A stretch of DNA of 64,000 bases, taken from Thermodesulfobacteriota bacterium (GTDB taxonomy: Bacteria; Desulfobacterota_D; UBA1144; Nemesobacterales; UBA2774). The translations under genes were made by a program, and so were the position numbers. The notes below the pieces were generated by a model. It was not told where the DNA came from and did no database searches. It was given only the letters and a program-made list of their open reading frames with translations. Location of the stretch: contig OZ244197.1 in the NCBI GenBank assembly GCA_965216785.1, positions 736,001-800,000 of the forward strand, given 5' to 3'. This document shows positions 37,456 to 47,602 of the stretch, in pieces; positions within the stretch are counted from its first letter, which is position 1, and each line of letters begins with the position of its first letter.

Positions 37456-38769
37456 TCATTCTTCCGGTTTTTTAGTTCCTCCCCCTGAAAACGGCCATGG
37501 GCCGGGTTTCGGGGGATTATAATTCTTAGGCAGATAATCATCTGGAATATTCTCCGCACCCTCCCTGAAAGCCGTAAGGCTCGGGGAGGCGATTTCGACG
37601 CCTTCTGTGTGAAAGACGTCTTGGATATTCCTGTGCATCTCGTTATATATAACGGCCATTTGTTTGGGCTTCTTGGTATATGCGTTAATTTCATACTCCA
37701 CGTAGTAGTCATCAAGAGAGGTCTGAAGAACAAAAGGCTCGGGCGTTTTATCAATTCCCTCTGTCGCTAAAGCCGCTTCTTTCAATAGTTCATGCACCCG
37801 TCTCCAGGGAACGTCGTAACCTATGGTCACTTTGGTGTGCAGAATGAGACCCTCTCTCTCAGCAAGAGAACTGTAGTTGATTATATGGTTATTAAGCACC
37901 ATGGCGTTGGGGATAGTTATCTCAACGTTTTTAATCGTCCTGATTCTTGTGACAAACATTGTTTTTTCAACCACGTCTCCCGTAGTGTCGGCAATCTGAA
38001 CCCTGTCTCCATTCTTAAATGCCCTCATATACGTTAGCGCTATTCCGGAAACAACATTGGATACGGCTCCCGTTGAGCCAAGCGACACCAGAATTCCGAA
38101 GAAGATCGATACAGCCTGAAAGGCGGGGGATTCCTTACCCGGAAGGTACGGGAATGCCACGATGATGACAAATACGATTATCAGAAAACGGACAATTGTA
38201 AAAGTCGGACCAGCCCAGTCCGGGTAAAAACCCGATAAAGTAATCCTTCCGGCCTCGATTCCTTTAAAAAACAGACCGGCAAGCCTGATAGCGTAGTGTC
38301 CAAATGCAAATATCACAATCAGTGTGAGCAGGTTTGGTATGTAGTTCCAAATCGCTCGCAGCACAAATCCTACGGCGTTTAAGAAATGGGCAAATAGAGT
38401 AGTCGATATCCCTTCCGTCTCGGGAAAAAAGCTGAAAATAATATTTACGTACAGATAAAAGATAATGATGTAAGCTAGATAACGGAGCCATTTAAATAAT
38501 TTCCGTATAGCCCAGTTTATCTGGTCTCCTGTCAGGAGCTGCTGGTTCTGGAGCTTAAACCCGCCCATGTTCTCAATGTGGAGGCTGAGTATTCTCCTTT
38601 GTATCCATGAGGTTACTCCCTTAACGATGAGAAATGCCGTCAAAGCCAGAACGGTGGCAACGATGGCAGTGATAATTAGTAATGCAATACCACTGAGCTC
38701 GATACCAGGCATGAGCCGAGCGATTATGTCAGCAAGGATTTCGTTAAAAGCGCTAACGTGCTTATTCAT
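37456..38769 (-). CDS. Small-conductance mechanosensitive channel family protein
   Basis: Multi-TM; SNVVSGI, FKNGDRVQI, GDVVEK, IPNA, IGYDVPW. Confidence 0.9.
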   Translation of the reverse strand: MNKHVSAFNEILADIIARLMPGIELSGIALLIITAIVATVLALTAFLIVKGVTSWIQRRILSLHIENMGGFKLQNQQLLTGDQINWAIRKLFKWLRYLAYIIIFYLYVNIIFSFFPETEGISTTLFAHFLNAVGFVLRAIWNYIPNLLTLIVIFAFGHYAIRLAGLFFKGIEAGRITLSGFYPDWAGPTFTIVRFLIIVFVIIVAFPYLPGKESPAFQAVSIFFGILVSLGSTGAVSNVVSGIALTYMRAFKNGDRVQIADTTGDVVEKTMFVTRIRTIKNVEITIPNAMVLNNHIINYSSLAEREGLILHTKVTIGYDVPWRRVHELLKEAALATEGIDKTPEPFVLQTSLDDYYVEYEINAYTKKPKQMAVIYNEMHRNIQDVFHTEGVEIASPSLTAFREGAENIPDDYLPKNYNPPKPGPWPFSGGGTKKPEE

Positions 38770-38854
38770 CTATATAAACTGCCCATAAAACATTTTCTAT
38801 ATTAACTTTTAATTGCAACTTACATTAAAAGAAGCCGGGACATAGTAAAGATAC

Positions 38855-39430
38855 TTATGGATTGTTTAGCTCTTGGTCAATCCAGTACTTTGAGGCCCCA
38901 ACCGTAGCCCTGAGCGCTATACCGTCCTGAGTCATCTGTATTACGACAACATCTGAATTCAGTGGTACTTCCCCACCGGTGGCGCCGCCCGTGTCGTCGT
39001 ACTTTAGTGCCGCATCGCCCTGAGCGCCGTAATTCCAGCCCTCGGTCACGAATTGATAAAACACCTCTTTGTTGTTAAAGATAATTACTTCCCTGAAGTC
39101 CTTTAGCGCTACCCCTAAACCGACTCCTCCCTCTGCCATCTTCATATAGATCTCGTCACCGTTTGAATTATCCGTAACAACACCGTAGCCATTCCCCGAA
39201 CCTACTACCAAGAGCTGAGTGTTAAAATTACTAAATACTCCGTAACCAACCGACTGCTTGATCAAATCTCTTGCAAAAGGTTTCTTTGCATAAAGCTCAG
39301 CCAGAGTGTCGTTCTTCATCTGCTGAACGAAGTCTCTTTTCTGCTGCGGGGTATCCCCTTTGGGACGGGCACAACCGTAAATAACGGTTATTACTAATAG
39401 CAAGGGCAACAATTTTATACATAATCTCAT
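38855..39430 (-). CDS. YSC84/SYLF-related lipoprotein
   Basis: Lipobox IYGC; GYGVF, GSGNGYGV, GVGLG, G(A)SKYW. Confidence 0.8.
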   Translation of the reverse strand: MRLCIKLLPLLLVITVIYGCARPKGDTPQQKRDFVQQMKNDTLAELYAKKPFARDLIKQSVGYGVFSNFNTQLLVVGSGNGYGVVTDNSNGDEIYMKMAEGGVGLGVALKDFREVIIFNNKEVFYQFVTEGWNYGAQGDAALKYDDTGGATGGEVPLNSDVVVIQMTQDGIALRATVGASKYWIDQELNNP

Positions 39431-39639
39431 AATAGCCTCCGTAATTTCTTATTCGAACAAGCCAATTTTAGATTCAACAATAATCAATTATATCAAACTT
39501 GGGGAAATTCAGCCATCCGTATGAGCTAAGTATGCACATTTTTTTAGGATTTTAATATATATATTGGCTAAATCGTAATAAAAGGCTTATAATGATTTCA
39601 ATTTACGCTTTCCATGAGTATACAATGTCCGAATAGAAA

Positions 39640-40995
39640 ATGTACGAAAAAAAGACAAGCCTATTAGTAATACTCTCTTCCATCATAGCCGCCCTCGCGG
39701 GTTTACTCGCAGGTTTCGACACAGGGGTCATAAGCGGAGCGCTTGAGTTTATAGCGCACTCGTTCAAGCTGGGCACTGTCGGGAAAGAAGCTGTGGTCTC
39801 AATGGTACTGGTGGGCGGGGTATTCGGCGCGCTACTAAACGGGGCTCTGGCCGACAGAATGGGACGAAAAAATATGGTACTCTCGGCTGCGGTGCTTTAT
39901 ATCATGGGCTCCTTAGGCTCTGCGTTTTCTCCGGAACCCATAACACTTCAGGTATCTAGGTTTGTACTCGGCCTCGCCATAGGGGGCGCTTCAGCATCGG
40001 CTCCGCTATATATCGCCGAGGTATCCCCCGCAAGTATCAGGGGAAGCCTTGTAACACTTTTTCAGCTTGCAATCACTGTAGGGATATTGGGGGCATACTT
40101 CATTGATCTTGCTTTTACCTCTAGCGGGAATTGGAGGTTTATGCTCGGAAGCAGCGTAATACCCGCGGTTCTTCTACTAGCCGGAATGGTATTCCTGCCC
40201 AACAGCCCGAGATGGCTGATCAAGACGGGAAAAACCGAGAAAGCGCACGACATACTTACCAGGATATATAGCGGCGACAGCGCCGAGGCCGAAAGAGAGA
40301 TCAAAGACATAAAAGAAGTGCTGACTATCGAATCAAAAGGGAGCTTCGGCGAGCTTTTCAAATCCCCGGTAAGCAGCGCGTTATTTATTGCCGTCGGGCT
40401 TTTTATAGTGCAGCAGTTCGTTGGGATAAATACGGTCATATACTACGCACCGAGCATTTTTAAAGAAGCCGGCATGGAATCCGCGAAAGCAGATATATGG
40501 GCAACCGTGAGTGTTGGCACCGTGAATGTTCTAGCAACATTTATAGCTATCTGGCTTATCGACAAAGTAGGCAGAAAGCCGCTCATGTACGCGGGGCTCA
40601 TCGGGATGGCGCTTTCGCTCACGGGGCTTGGAGTAGCATTTCTTACAGAGCACGGGCCGGGCAGCGAAATCGGGAACATCACAGTGGCCGCCCTTTGGAT
40701 TTATATCGCGTGTTTTGCCTTTTCGCTCGGACCCATACCGTGGCTTATGATGACGGAGATATTTCCTTTAAACGTAAGGGGCCAGGCAGTCAGCATCGCC
40801 ACAATGACGAGCTGGGGATGCAATTTAATCGTATCATTCACCTTTCTGTCGCTACTTAAGGCTATCGGGCCTTCTTATACTTTCTGGCTTTACGGACTTG
40901 TAGCAATTATCGGATTTATATTCGTATGGACAAAAGTGCCTGAAACAAAAGGGAAGTCGCTTGAAGAGATCGAGGAGAAGTTTAGAAAGGGATAA
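39640..40995 (+). CDS. Sugar porter family MFS transporter
   Basis: GFDTGVISGA, DRMGRK, YIAEVSP, PNSPRWL, QQFVGIN, VPETKGKSLEEI. Confidence 0.93.
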   Translation: MYEKKTSLLVILSSIIAALAGLLAGFDTGVISGALEFIAHSFKLGTVGKEAVVSMVLVGGVFGALLNGALADRMGRKNMVLSAAVLYIMGSLGSAFSPEPITLQVSRFVLGLAIGGASASAPLYIAEVSPASIRGSLVTLFQLAITVGILGAYFIDLAFTSSGNWRFMLGSSVIPAVLLLAGMVFLPNSPRWLIKTGKTEKAHDILTRIYSGDSAEAEREIKDIKEVLTIESKGSFGELFKSPVSSALFIAVGLFIVQQFVGINTVIYYAPSIFKEAGMESAKADIWATVSVGTVNVLATFIAIWLIDKVGRKPLMYAGLIGMALSLTGLGVAFLTEHGPGSEIGNITVAALWIYIACFAFSLGPIPWLMMTEIFPLNVRGQAVSIATMTSWGCNLIVSFTFLSLLKAIGPSYTFWLYGLVAIIGFIFVWTKVPETKGKSLEEIEEKFRKG

Positions 40996-40996
40996 T

Positions 40997-42463
40997 ATGA
41001 ACAATAGAGGAGATAGGGGATTAATTGCTTTAATCGTACCAATAATCGTATTGCTGATTCATGCTATTACAGTGAAATGCGAAGAGCCGCCTGACACCCT
41101 TAACGCCGATTCGGGCGTTTTGGAACCAATCCAATATGATGAAAACACGCCCGATTATATACGTGACATGAATCCTGAAACAGTGCTGCTCTACCAGAAT
41201 CATCCATCGATAAGGGAGTTCCCTGATACTTTTATAGAGAATAATGAAAAATCCTTTTGGAAAAGGAAATTCCTGACAGGCGACTGGGGCGGCCTGCGCA
41301 CGAGGCTCAACAATAAGGGCGTAGTCCCTACGCTAACATATGTCGCCGATATTCAGGGAAACCCGGTCGGGGGCGCGAGGCAGGGGTTTAAATACTTTCA
41401 CAATATCGGGCTGGATTTGATTATTCACACGGAGAAGCTGATAGGGCTTAAAGGCGGCAGGTTCCACGTCTCGGTATCTCAAAGGAGCGGAGAAAGCCTT
41501 ACGCACAGGGATATAAAGAACACTTTTAATGTAGCTCAGGTTTGCTGCGGCGATACATATAAGCTCGTTAACCTTAGCTACGAGCAGGCGCTATTTGATG
41601 AAAAACTCAATATAAGACTCGGAAGGATATCAGGCGGAGACGAGTTTCTCTCATCACCCCTGTACTGGCTCTTCGTTCAGAACGGAATAGACGGAAACCC
41701 GGTCGGCATATTCTTTAACGCCGGTTTTTCGGCATACCCAAACGCCACCTGGGGCGTCAGGGTCAAATCGCATCCGACCAAGAATTTCTATATCATGGCA
41801 GGGGCGTATAACGCAAACCAGGAAAGAATAAAAAACAGTAATCACGGCGCCGACTTTACATTTGACGGACCGTACTTTTTCATCGCCGAAACAGGGTATC
41901 ACTTAAACGGTCTTTTAAGCCAGAGAGGGCTTCCAGGCAACTATAAAATCGGGGGGTATCACCAGAGCGGAGACTATCAGATATTCTCTGATCCCGATAG
42001 GACTAAAAACGGGAAGTGGGGATTTTACGTTCTAGTAGACCAGATGATTTACCGCGAGAAAGGAGGTCACGGCATAATCGCCGATCAGGGGCTTACGCCC
42101 TTCGCCGCGTTTCTGTTCGCCCCCGACGATGAGATAAACTCAATACCGTTTTTCATGAATGGCGGGCTCGTTTACAAAGGGCTCATTCCCGGCCGTGACC
42201 AAGACTATGCGGGCTTCGCGCTTATATATGGGAAGTTCACCGACAAGATGAATCAGGATATGGCGCAAGCCACATCGTTCGAGCTGACAGATAACCCCAT
42301 GCGTCCAAAGGACTTTGAGGCTGTATTAGAGTGGATGTACAAGATTCAGATTACCCAGTGGCTTAACATACAGCCCGACGTTCAGTACGTGATTAAACCC
42401 GGCGGCACAGGAGATATAGATAACGCCCTTGTGCTCGGGTTCCAGCTCGGTGTTTCAATGTAA
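40997..42463 (+). CDS. Carbohydrate-selective porin, OprB family
   Basis: LTGDWGGLRT, GNPVGG, QPDVQYVIKPGG, ALVLG; start revised to ATG 40997. Confidence 0.88.
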   Translation: MNNRGDRGLIALIVPIIVLLIHAITVKCEEPPDTLNADSGVLEPIQYDENTPDYIRDMNPETVLLYQNHPSIREFPDTFIENNEKSFWKRKFLTGDWGGLRTRLNNKGVVPTLTYVADIQGNPVGGARQGFKYFHNIGLDLIIHTEKLIGLKGGRFHVSVSQRSGESLTHRDIKNTFNVAQVCCGDTYKLVNLSYEQALFDEKLNIRLGRISGGDEFLSSPLYWLFVQNGIDGNPVGIFFNAGFSAYPNATWGVRVKSHPTKNFYIMAGAYNANQERIKNSNHGADFTFDGPYFFIAETGYHLNGLLSQRGLPGNYKIGGYHQSGDYQIFSDPDRTKNGKWGFYVLVDQMIYREKGGHGIIADQGLTPFAAFLFAPDDEINSIPFFMNGGLVYKGLIPGRDQDYAGFALIYGKFTDKMNQDMAQATSFELTDNPMRPKDFEAVLEWMYKIQITQWLNIQPDVQYVIKPGGTGDIDNALVLGFQLGVSM

Positions 42464-42470
42464 GCTGTGG

Positions 42471-42854
42471 TTAAGCCCCTTCGTCTATCTCCTTGAATAC
42501 CTCTTTTGCGATCCTGAGCCCTGTTAGCGCAGCGGGAAAGCCGGCATAAACGAGGGTCTGTATCAGCACCTCGATTACCTCTTCCCTTGTGCAGCCGCAT
42601 GTGAGCGCCCCTTTAATATGCACCTTGAGCTGATTCGGCGCGGTACCTAAAGCAGTAAGAGCGGCCACGGCGGTAATCTCGCGCGCCCTCATATCCAGCC
42701 CGGGCCGAGAGGATATCTCGCCGAATACGAACTCCATCAGGTAACGGACCATATCTGGGGCTATGTCGTCGAGACTAGCCTTGGTTCTTGCAGCGGCTCC
42801 CGGTGAGATTTCCTCAAGTTTTTCCAAACCTTTTTTATATTTATCATCAGACAT
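42471..42854 (-). CDS. Carboxymuconolactone decarboxylase family protein
   Basis: FGEISSRPGLD...REI...QLKVH...YAGFPAA. Confidence 0.9.
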   Translation of the reverse strand: MSDDKYKKGLEKLEEISPGAAARTKASLDDIAPDMVRYLMEFVFGEISSRPGLDMRAREITAVAALTALGTAPNQLKVHIKGALTCGCTREEVIEVLIQTLVYAGFPAALTGLRIAKEVFKEIDEGA

Positions 42855-42965
42855 TTATAGCCTCCAAAGTATGGTTTAATATGGTTACTTTGTATCTTGA
42901 TTTTTGTAAATTGTAAACGCAGTGCCTATACTACGATTTTTCACCCAGTTTGTAAAGGAGGCATC

Positions 42966-43265
42966 ATGCTGATATTAATCGCAAAGCTAAGAGCTAAACC
43001 CGGACGCGCGCAGGAGCTTATAAACCTGGCAGAGCAGGCCATAGAACCTTCGAGAAATGAGGAAGGCTGTATTATTTACGAGCTCCTTCAGGACCCTTTT
43101 GATCAGGATTCATTTACATTTTATGAGAAATGGAGAAGCCGTGAAGACCTTGAGTTACATTTTAAAGAAGATCACTTCCTTGAGTTCGCAGGAAAGTCTC
43201 CCGAGATTACCCAGGGAGACGCCAGTCTGGTTTCATACGAGATTTCGAGCGAAGAAGAGTTATAG
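42966..43265 (+). CDS. Putative quinol monooxygenase (ABM domain)
   Basis: AKPG, SRNEEGCIIYEL, FYEKW, HF..HF; start revised to ATG 42966 after AAGGAGG. Confidence 0.88.
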   Translation: MLILIAKLRAKPGRAQELINLAEQAIEPSRNEEGCIIYELLQDPFDQDSFTFYEKWRSREDLELHFKEDHFLEFAGKSPEITQGDASLVSYEISSEEEL

Positions 43266-43317
43266 TGACTTTTATTAATTGCAGAGAAATGGCCGATTGA
43301 TTATGATTAATGGCGTT

Positions 43318-44928
43318 ATGATAAAAAACCTAACTACTATTTTTTTCGCAATTTTTCTGTTTACCGGCTGCACCCAAGGCCAAAATAAAAACGAAGACAT
43401 AAGCTCAAAAGACACTATCAATGTTAACATAGGGAACGAGCCTCCTACGCTCGACTGGTCGCTCGCCACGGACAGCACGTCCTATTTGATTCTTAATAAT
43501 ATTATGGAAGGGCTTACAGAGTTCGGGGACACGTTCCTACCCGAGCCAAACCTTGCAGAAAGCTGGGAGATAAGCGAGGACGGCAGGACCTATATCTTTA
43601 AAATCAGAGATGACGTTCTATGGACTGACGGAAAGCCGCTTACCGCAGGGGACTTTGAATACTCCTGGAAGAGGATACTAACCCCCGCAACCGGAGGGGA
43701 CTATGCCTATTTCCTCTACGACATAGAGAACGCTGAAGAGTACAATACGGGAAAGATAGACGATCCTGAAAAGGTTGGGGTAAAGACACTTAATGACAGC
43801 ACCCTGCAAGTGAAACTCAAAAGAAAGGCTTCTTATTTCCCGAGCCTTCTGAGCTTCATGTCAACTTATCCAATGAGGAAAGACGTAGTCGAGAAATACG
43901 GTATTAAATGGACCGAGCCTGAAAACATAGTGACCCTCGGGCCTTATAAGCTTAGCGAGTGGAAACACCACAGCGATATATTGCTGACAAAGAACCCCGG
44001 GTACTACGGGGAGCAGCCGAAAATCGACAAAGTGAACATGATAATGAACGAAAACACTTCCTCCGCGCTGGCCCTTTATGAGAGCGGGGAGCTTGACTAC
44101 GCGGACAGTAAGAGCATACCGCCCCTTGAAGTGCCGAGGCTGATAGACCTGGAGGACTTCACCACTACCCTTATGTTCAGAGGGAATTATATTGCATTTA
44201 ACGTAAAGAAGCCGCCTTTTGACAACCCGCTCATCAGAAAAGCGTTTGCAGCGTCCATAGACAGGGCGAGCATAGTGGACCTGATACAGGGAGCGGGGAT
44301 AGTAAATACGTCATGGATACCAAAAGATATGCTCGCCTATAACCCTGCGATCGGAATTAAGTTTGATCCCGAGCAGGCACGCAAGTGGCTCGCCGAAGCC
44401 GGTTACCCCGGCGGAAAGGGTTTCCCCGAGGTATCGTTCCTGTGGCCTGACGTGAGCTATAACCGCGTCATTGCGGAGGCGCTTCAGAGTATGTGGAAGC
44501 AGTACCTGGGAATAGAGGTAGAGCTCATGAACGAGGAGTGGAAGGTATATCTTAGCACCATTAACACAAATCCGCCTGAGATTCACAGGGCGGGATGGGG
44601 AGCAGACTTCCCCGACCCTCACAATTTCATGAGCCTCTTTCAGTGTAATACGGGTAATAACAGAACAGGTTGGTGTAACGAAGAATACGACAGCTTGGTC
44701 GATAAGGCAGCCGAGGAAACGGACATAGAAAAGAGAAAAGCGCTCTATGACAGAGCGCAAAAGATACTTACTGAACAGGACGCTCCGATTGCCCCCTTCT
44801 ACAACTCGAAGCAGCAGAACCTGATAAAACCCTACGTAAAGGGGCTTAAACCCAATCCGCTTGATTTAGTTCTATTTAAAAAAGTATATTTTGAGAATAA
44901 CTCGGCTGCTCACGTAGAAGGGCAGTAG
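43318..44928 (+). CDS. oppA: Oligopeptide ABC transporter substrate-binding lipoprotein
   Basis: Lipobox FTGC; EPPTLD, LAESWEIS, WTDGKPLTAGDF, GWGADFPDP; no permeases adjacent; start approximate. Confidence 0.88.
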   Translation: MIKNLTTIFFAIFLFTGCTQGQNKNEDISSKDTINVNIGNEPPTLDWSLATDSTSYLILNNIMEGLTEFGDTFLPEPNLAESWEISEDGRTYIFKIRDDVLWTDGKPLTAGDFEYSWKRILTPATGGDYAYFLYDIENAEEYNTGKIDDPEKVGVKTLNDSTLQVKLKRKASYFPSLLSFMSTYPMRKDVVEKYGIKWTEPENIVTLGPYKLSEWKHHSDILLTKNPGYYGEQPKIDKVNMIMNENTSSALALYESGELDYADSKSIPPLEVPRLIDLEDFTTTLMFRGNYIAFNVKKPPFDNPLIRKAFAASIDRASIVDLIQGAGIVNTSWIPKDMLAYNPAIGIKFDPEQARKWLAEAGYPGGKGFPEVSFLWPDVSYNRVIAEALQSMWKQYLGIEVELMNEEWKVYLSTINTNPPEIHRAGWGADFPDPHNFMSLFQCNTGNNRTGWCNEEYDSLVDKAAEETDIEKRKALYDRAQKILTEQDAPIAPFYNSKQQNLIKPYVKGLKPNPLDLVLFKKVYFENNSAAHVEGQ

Positions 44929-44988
44929 ATTGGGCAGGGGCAACCAGCCGATCGCCCCCGCCGTAATCTGAAACTTCTTTCAACACCC

Positions 44989-46041
44989 TCAATCTTTAAA
45001 ATAAGGAATTATCTCTTTCGCGTATGTTTCAAGCGCCTTGGCGGGATCGGGGCTGAACCTGTAGAAAAGCACGAAGTGCCTCACGCCTTTATCTATAAAT
45101 TTTTCGATCTTTTCAATGCAGTCTTTCTTAGCGCCCGTTATCGTAAAGTCAAGGATAGCCTCCCTCGGGAAGAACTGACCGATCTGTCTGAACTTCTCTC
45201 TTCCCTCCTCGTCCTGAGGTATGACGTTAAAGTAGTTAAGCCCGTGATACTCCTCAGGTATCTCCACGTCGTAGCCCGCTTTTTTAAGCTGCTCCTGCAT
45301 CACAAGCACATACTTAAACGGCTCGAGTGTCTCATACGCGTGATCTACACTGTCGCCCACAGACGTGAATACCCAGAGCGCGGGGTCTATTTCGTCAGGA
45401 TTTCTTCCAGCGCCCTCCGCACCCGCGTGGATTTCTTTTAAATACTCACCGTAGAGATAAGGGTTCAGGTCAAGCGGAAGCCATCCGTCCGCAAGCTCAC
45501 CTGTCAGTTTAAGGCCCTTAGGGGTATGGGTAGCGATATAAATCGGTATTCTGTCTCTAAGATATGGTTTCACCTGCAAAAACGCGTCTTTTAAATTGAA
45601 GAACTCGCCCTTGAAATCACAGGGGCCTTCACTCGCCCAAAGCTTCTGCATTACGGTCATAGCTTCCCTCAGCCTTGCGAGCGGCCTGTTCCACTCTATA
45701 CCGTATGCGTCCAGGTTCATCGATTCCCCCACTCCCAGGGTGAGCGTGACTCTGCCGTTTGATATATGGTCGATCGTGGCAAGCCTCTGAGCGAAGACCG
45801 CAGGGTGCATCCTGTGGGGATCTGAGACCGTGCCTATGCTAATGTTCTTTGTTTGCATGGCAGCCGCGGTCGCTATGGTCCAAGCCTCGTGAGCTTCTGT
45901 AGGCGATACAAATACCACGTGGTCCGGGATCCAAACAGTATCGAATCCAAGCTCGTCAGCCTGGACTGAAAAATCGAGAAGCCCTTTTAGGTCAGCACCC
46001 GGCATTGGCGCCGCAAGTCCGAATTTGATTTCTTTTCCCAT
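44989..46041 (-). CDS. LLM class flavin/deazaflavin-dependent oxidoreductase
   Basis: GFDTVWIPDH, HPAVFAQRLATIDHISNGR, LGVGE, ADGW. Confidence 0.88.
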   Translation of the reverse strand: MGKEIKFGLAAPMPGADLKGLLDFSVQADELGFDTVWIPDHVVFVSPTEAHEAWTIATAAAMQTKNISIGTVSDPHRMHPAVFAQRLATIDHISNGRVTLTLGVGESMNLDAYGIEWNRPLARLREAMTVMQKLWASEGPCDFKGEFFNLKDAFLQVKPYLRDRIPIYIATHTPKGLKLTGELADGWLPLDLNPYLYGEYLKEIHAGAEGAGRNPDEIDPALWVFTSVGDSVDHAYETLEPFKYVLVMQEQLKKAGYDVEIPEEYHGLNYFNVIPQDEEGREKFRQIGQFFPREAILDFTITGAKKDCIEKIEKFIDKGVRHFVLFYRFSPDPAKALETYAKEIIPYFKD

Positions 46042-46218
46042 ATCACACCTCTTCTTTTTCTTGTCTCACTCATTATAAACATATGGAGTTATAAAAGACA
46101 ATAGCAAAGAGCCATTTTTATCGTACATTTAAATCTATAGGGCCGTAAGTCTTGTAATTTAGACCAAAAAATAATGTTATAATCATTTCCTCATACGCAA
46201 ATTCAGGAGGAATAAAAC

Positions 46219-47241
46219 ATGAAATTCGGCATCGGACTCTTCAGTATGCAAACCCATGAGGAGCTTTCCTACTCACACCCAGAGCTTTATAAAAATACTA
46301 TCGAACAAGTGCAGCTCGCAGAGGACGTTGGATTCGACTCTGCCTGGATATCCGAGCACCATTTTCTTGAGGACGGCTACTGCCCTTCGCCTGCTGTTAT
46401 AGCCGGAGCGCTTGCGGCAGTGACAGATAGGATCAGAATAGGGTCCGGAGGCATTATTCTTCCTCTGCACAATCCCGTCAAAGTCGCCGAGGACGCCGCA
46501 GTCGTGGATAACATCTCCAACGGCCGCTTCGACTTGGGTGTTGTGCTCGGCTATAGAAAAGAGGAGTATGAGGGCATGGGTATCGCCATGATTCAGAGGG
46601 CATCGCGCATGGACGAGGGTCTCGAAGTGCTCGAGAAGGCGTTTTCGGGTGATACATTCTCATATGACGGGAAAAGGCATAGTTTTGATAATATGACTCT
46701 CACTCCAAAGCCCGTCCAAAACCCCATCCCTATATATATTGGAGCGTTTGAAGAGCCCGCGATAAGGCGCGCTGGAAGGTTCGGTTATCCCCTTCTTATA
46801 GGGCCGGGAAGGACTGTTGATATGGTCAGGGACACGCTCGGTTTCTATAACGATGAGGCGGAAAAAGCCGGAAAAGACCCTTCAGATGTGGAGCATATAC
46901 TCCTTAGGGAAACGTTCGTCTCAGAAGACAGAGATGAAGCTCTTGAAGGCGGCAACAAATTCATAATCAGTATGTATAAATATTACTTCACTCTCGGTGT
47001 TAAGATGTATGTTAGGGGCAAGCAGCTAAAAGACCTTGACGACCCGCTGTTCGAGCATCTCGCGGAGGAGAGGTTTATTATAGGCACCCCGGAGGACTGC
47101 ACAAATGAGATCGAGATGTACCGGGACGAGCTTGGAATAAATTACATATCTCACCGCATGGTATTCCCCCAGGCTACCCATGAAGTGATATCGGGACTAA
47201 TAGAAATTTTCGGTGAACAGGTGATTTCGAATTTCAGATAG
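46219..47241 (+). CDS. LLM class flavin-dependent oxidoreductase
   Basis: GFDSAWISEHHF, LPLHNPVKVAED, SNGRFDLG, GYRKEEY. Confidence 0.9.
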   Translation: MKFGIGLFSMQTHEELSYSHPELYKNTIEQVQLAEDVGFDSAWISEHHFLEDGYCPSPAVIAGALAAVTDRIRIGSGGIILPLHNPVKVAEDAAVVDNISNGRFDLGVVLGYRKEEYEGMGIAMIQRASRMDEGLEVLEKAFSGDTFSYDGKRHSFDNMTLTPKPVQNPIPIYIGAFEEPAIRRAGRFGYPLLIGPGRTVDMVRDTLGFYNDEAEKAGKDPSDVEHILLRETFVSEDRDEALEGGNKFIISMYKYYFTLGVKMYVRGKQLKDLDDPLFEHLAEERFIIGTPEDCTNEIEMYRDELGINYISHRMVFPQATHEVISGLIEIFGEQVISNFR

Positions 47242-47282
47242 CTTCTGAAACGTCTGAATTTAGTAGCGTTTTTTTGACACAC

Positions 47283-47312
47283 TTGACAGATATTTAATTT
47301 AAGAGTTATGAT
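47283..47312 (+). promoter_or_regulatory. Sigma70 promoter of the btu operon
   Basis: TTGACA (47283)-18 bp-TATGAT upstream of the riboswitch. Confidence 0.6.
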
Positions 47313-47348
47313 GTAAACCTTGCTTTACGGATCTTTTACAATTTAACG

Positions 47349-47508
47349 TACAGGGCGCTTTAAGCTTAATAGGGAAATCCGGTGAGAATCCGGTGCAGCC
47401 CGCTCGCTGCTGTAAGTAGTCCAAAAAGTCCTTTGCATTATGTCACTGGAACTATCCGGGAAGGCGCAAAGGAGACCCGAGGCTACGAGCCAGAATACCT
47501 GCCTTGTA
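47349..47508 (+). ncRNA. Cobalamin riboswitch
   Basis: AATAGGGAA-TCCGGTGAGAATCCGG-GCAGCCC...CTGTAA...CACTGG...GGGAAGGC...B12-box GAGCCAGAATACCTGCC; P1 TACAGGGC/GCCTTGTA; upstream of a TonB-dependent receptor. Confidence 0.93.
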
Positions 47509-47565
47509 ACACCCGTAAATTACTATTCTTCGGGGGGAGAATGTAAATGCTTATTTTAGTCAAGC

Positions 47566-47602
47566 CTCCCGGTTTCGCACGATTGAACCGGGGGAACAAT
47601 TG
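47566..47602 (+). promoter_or_regulatory. SD-sequestering hairpin (riboswitch expression platform)
   Basis: CTCCCGGTTT (47566-47575) pairs with GAACCGGGGG (47585-47594), covering the SD of the TTG start at 47600. Confidence 0.6.
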
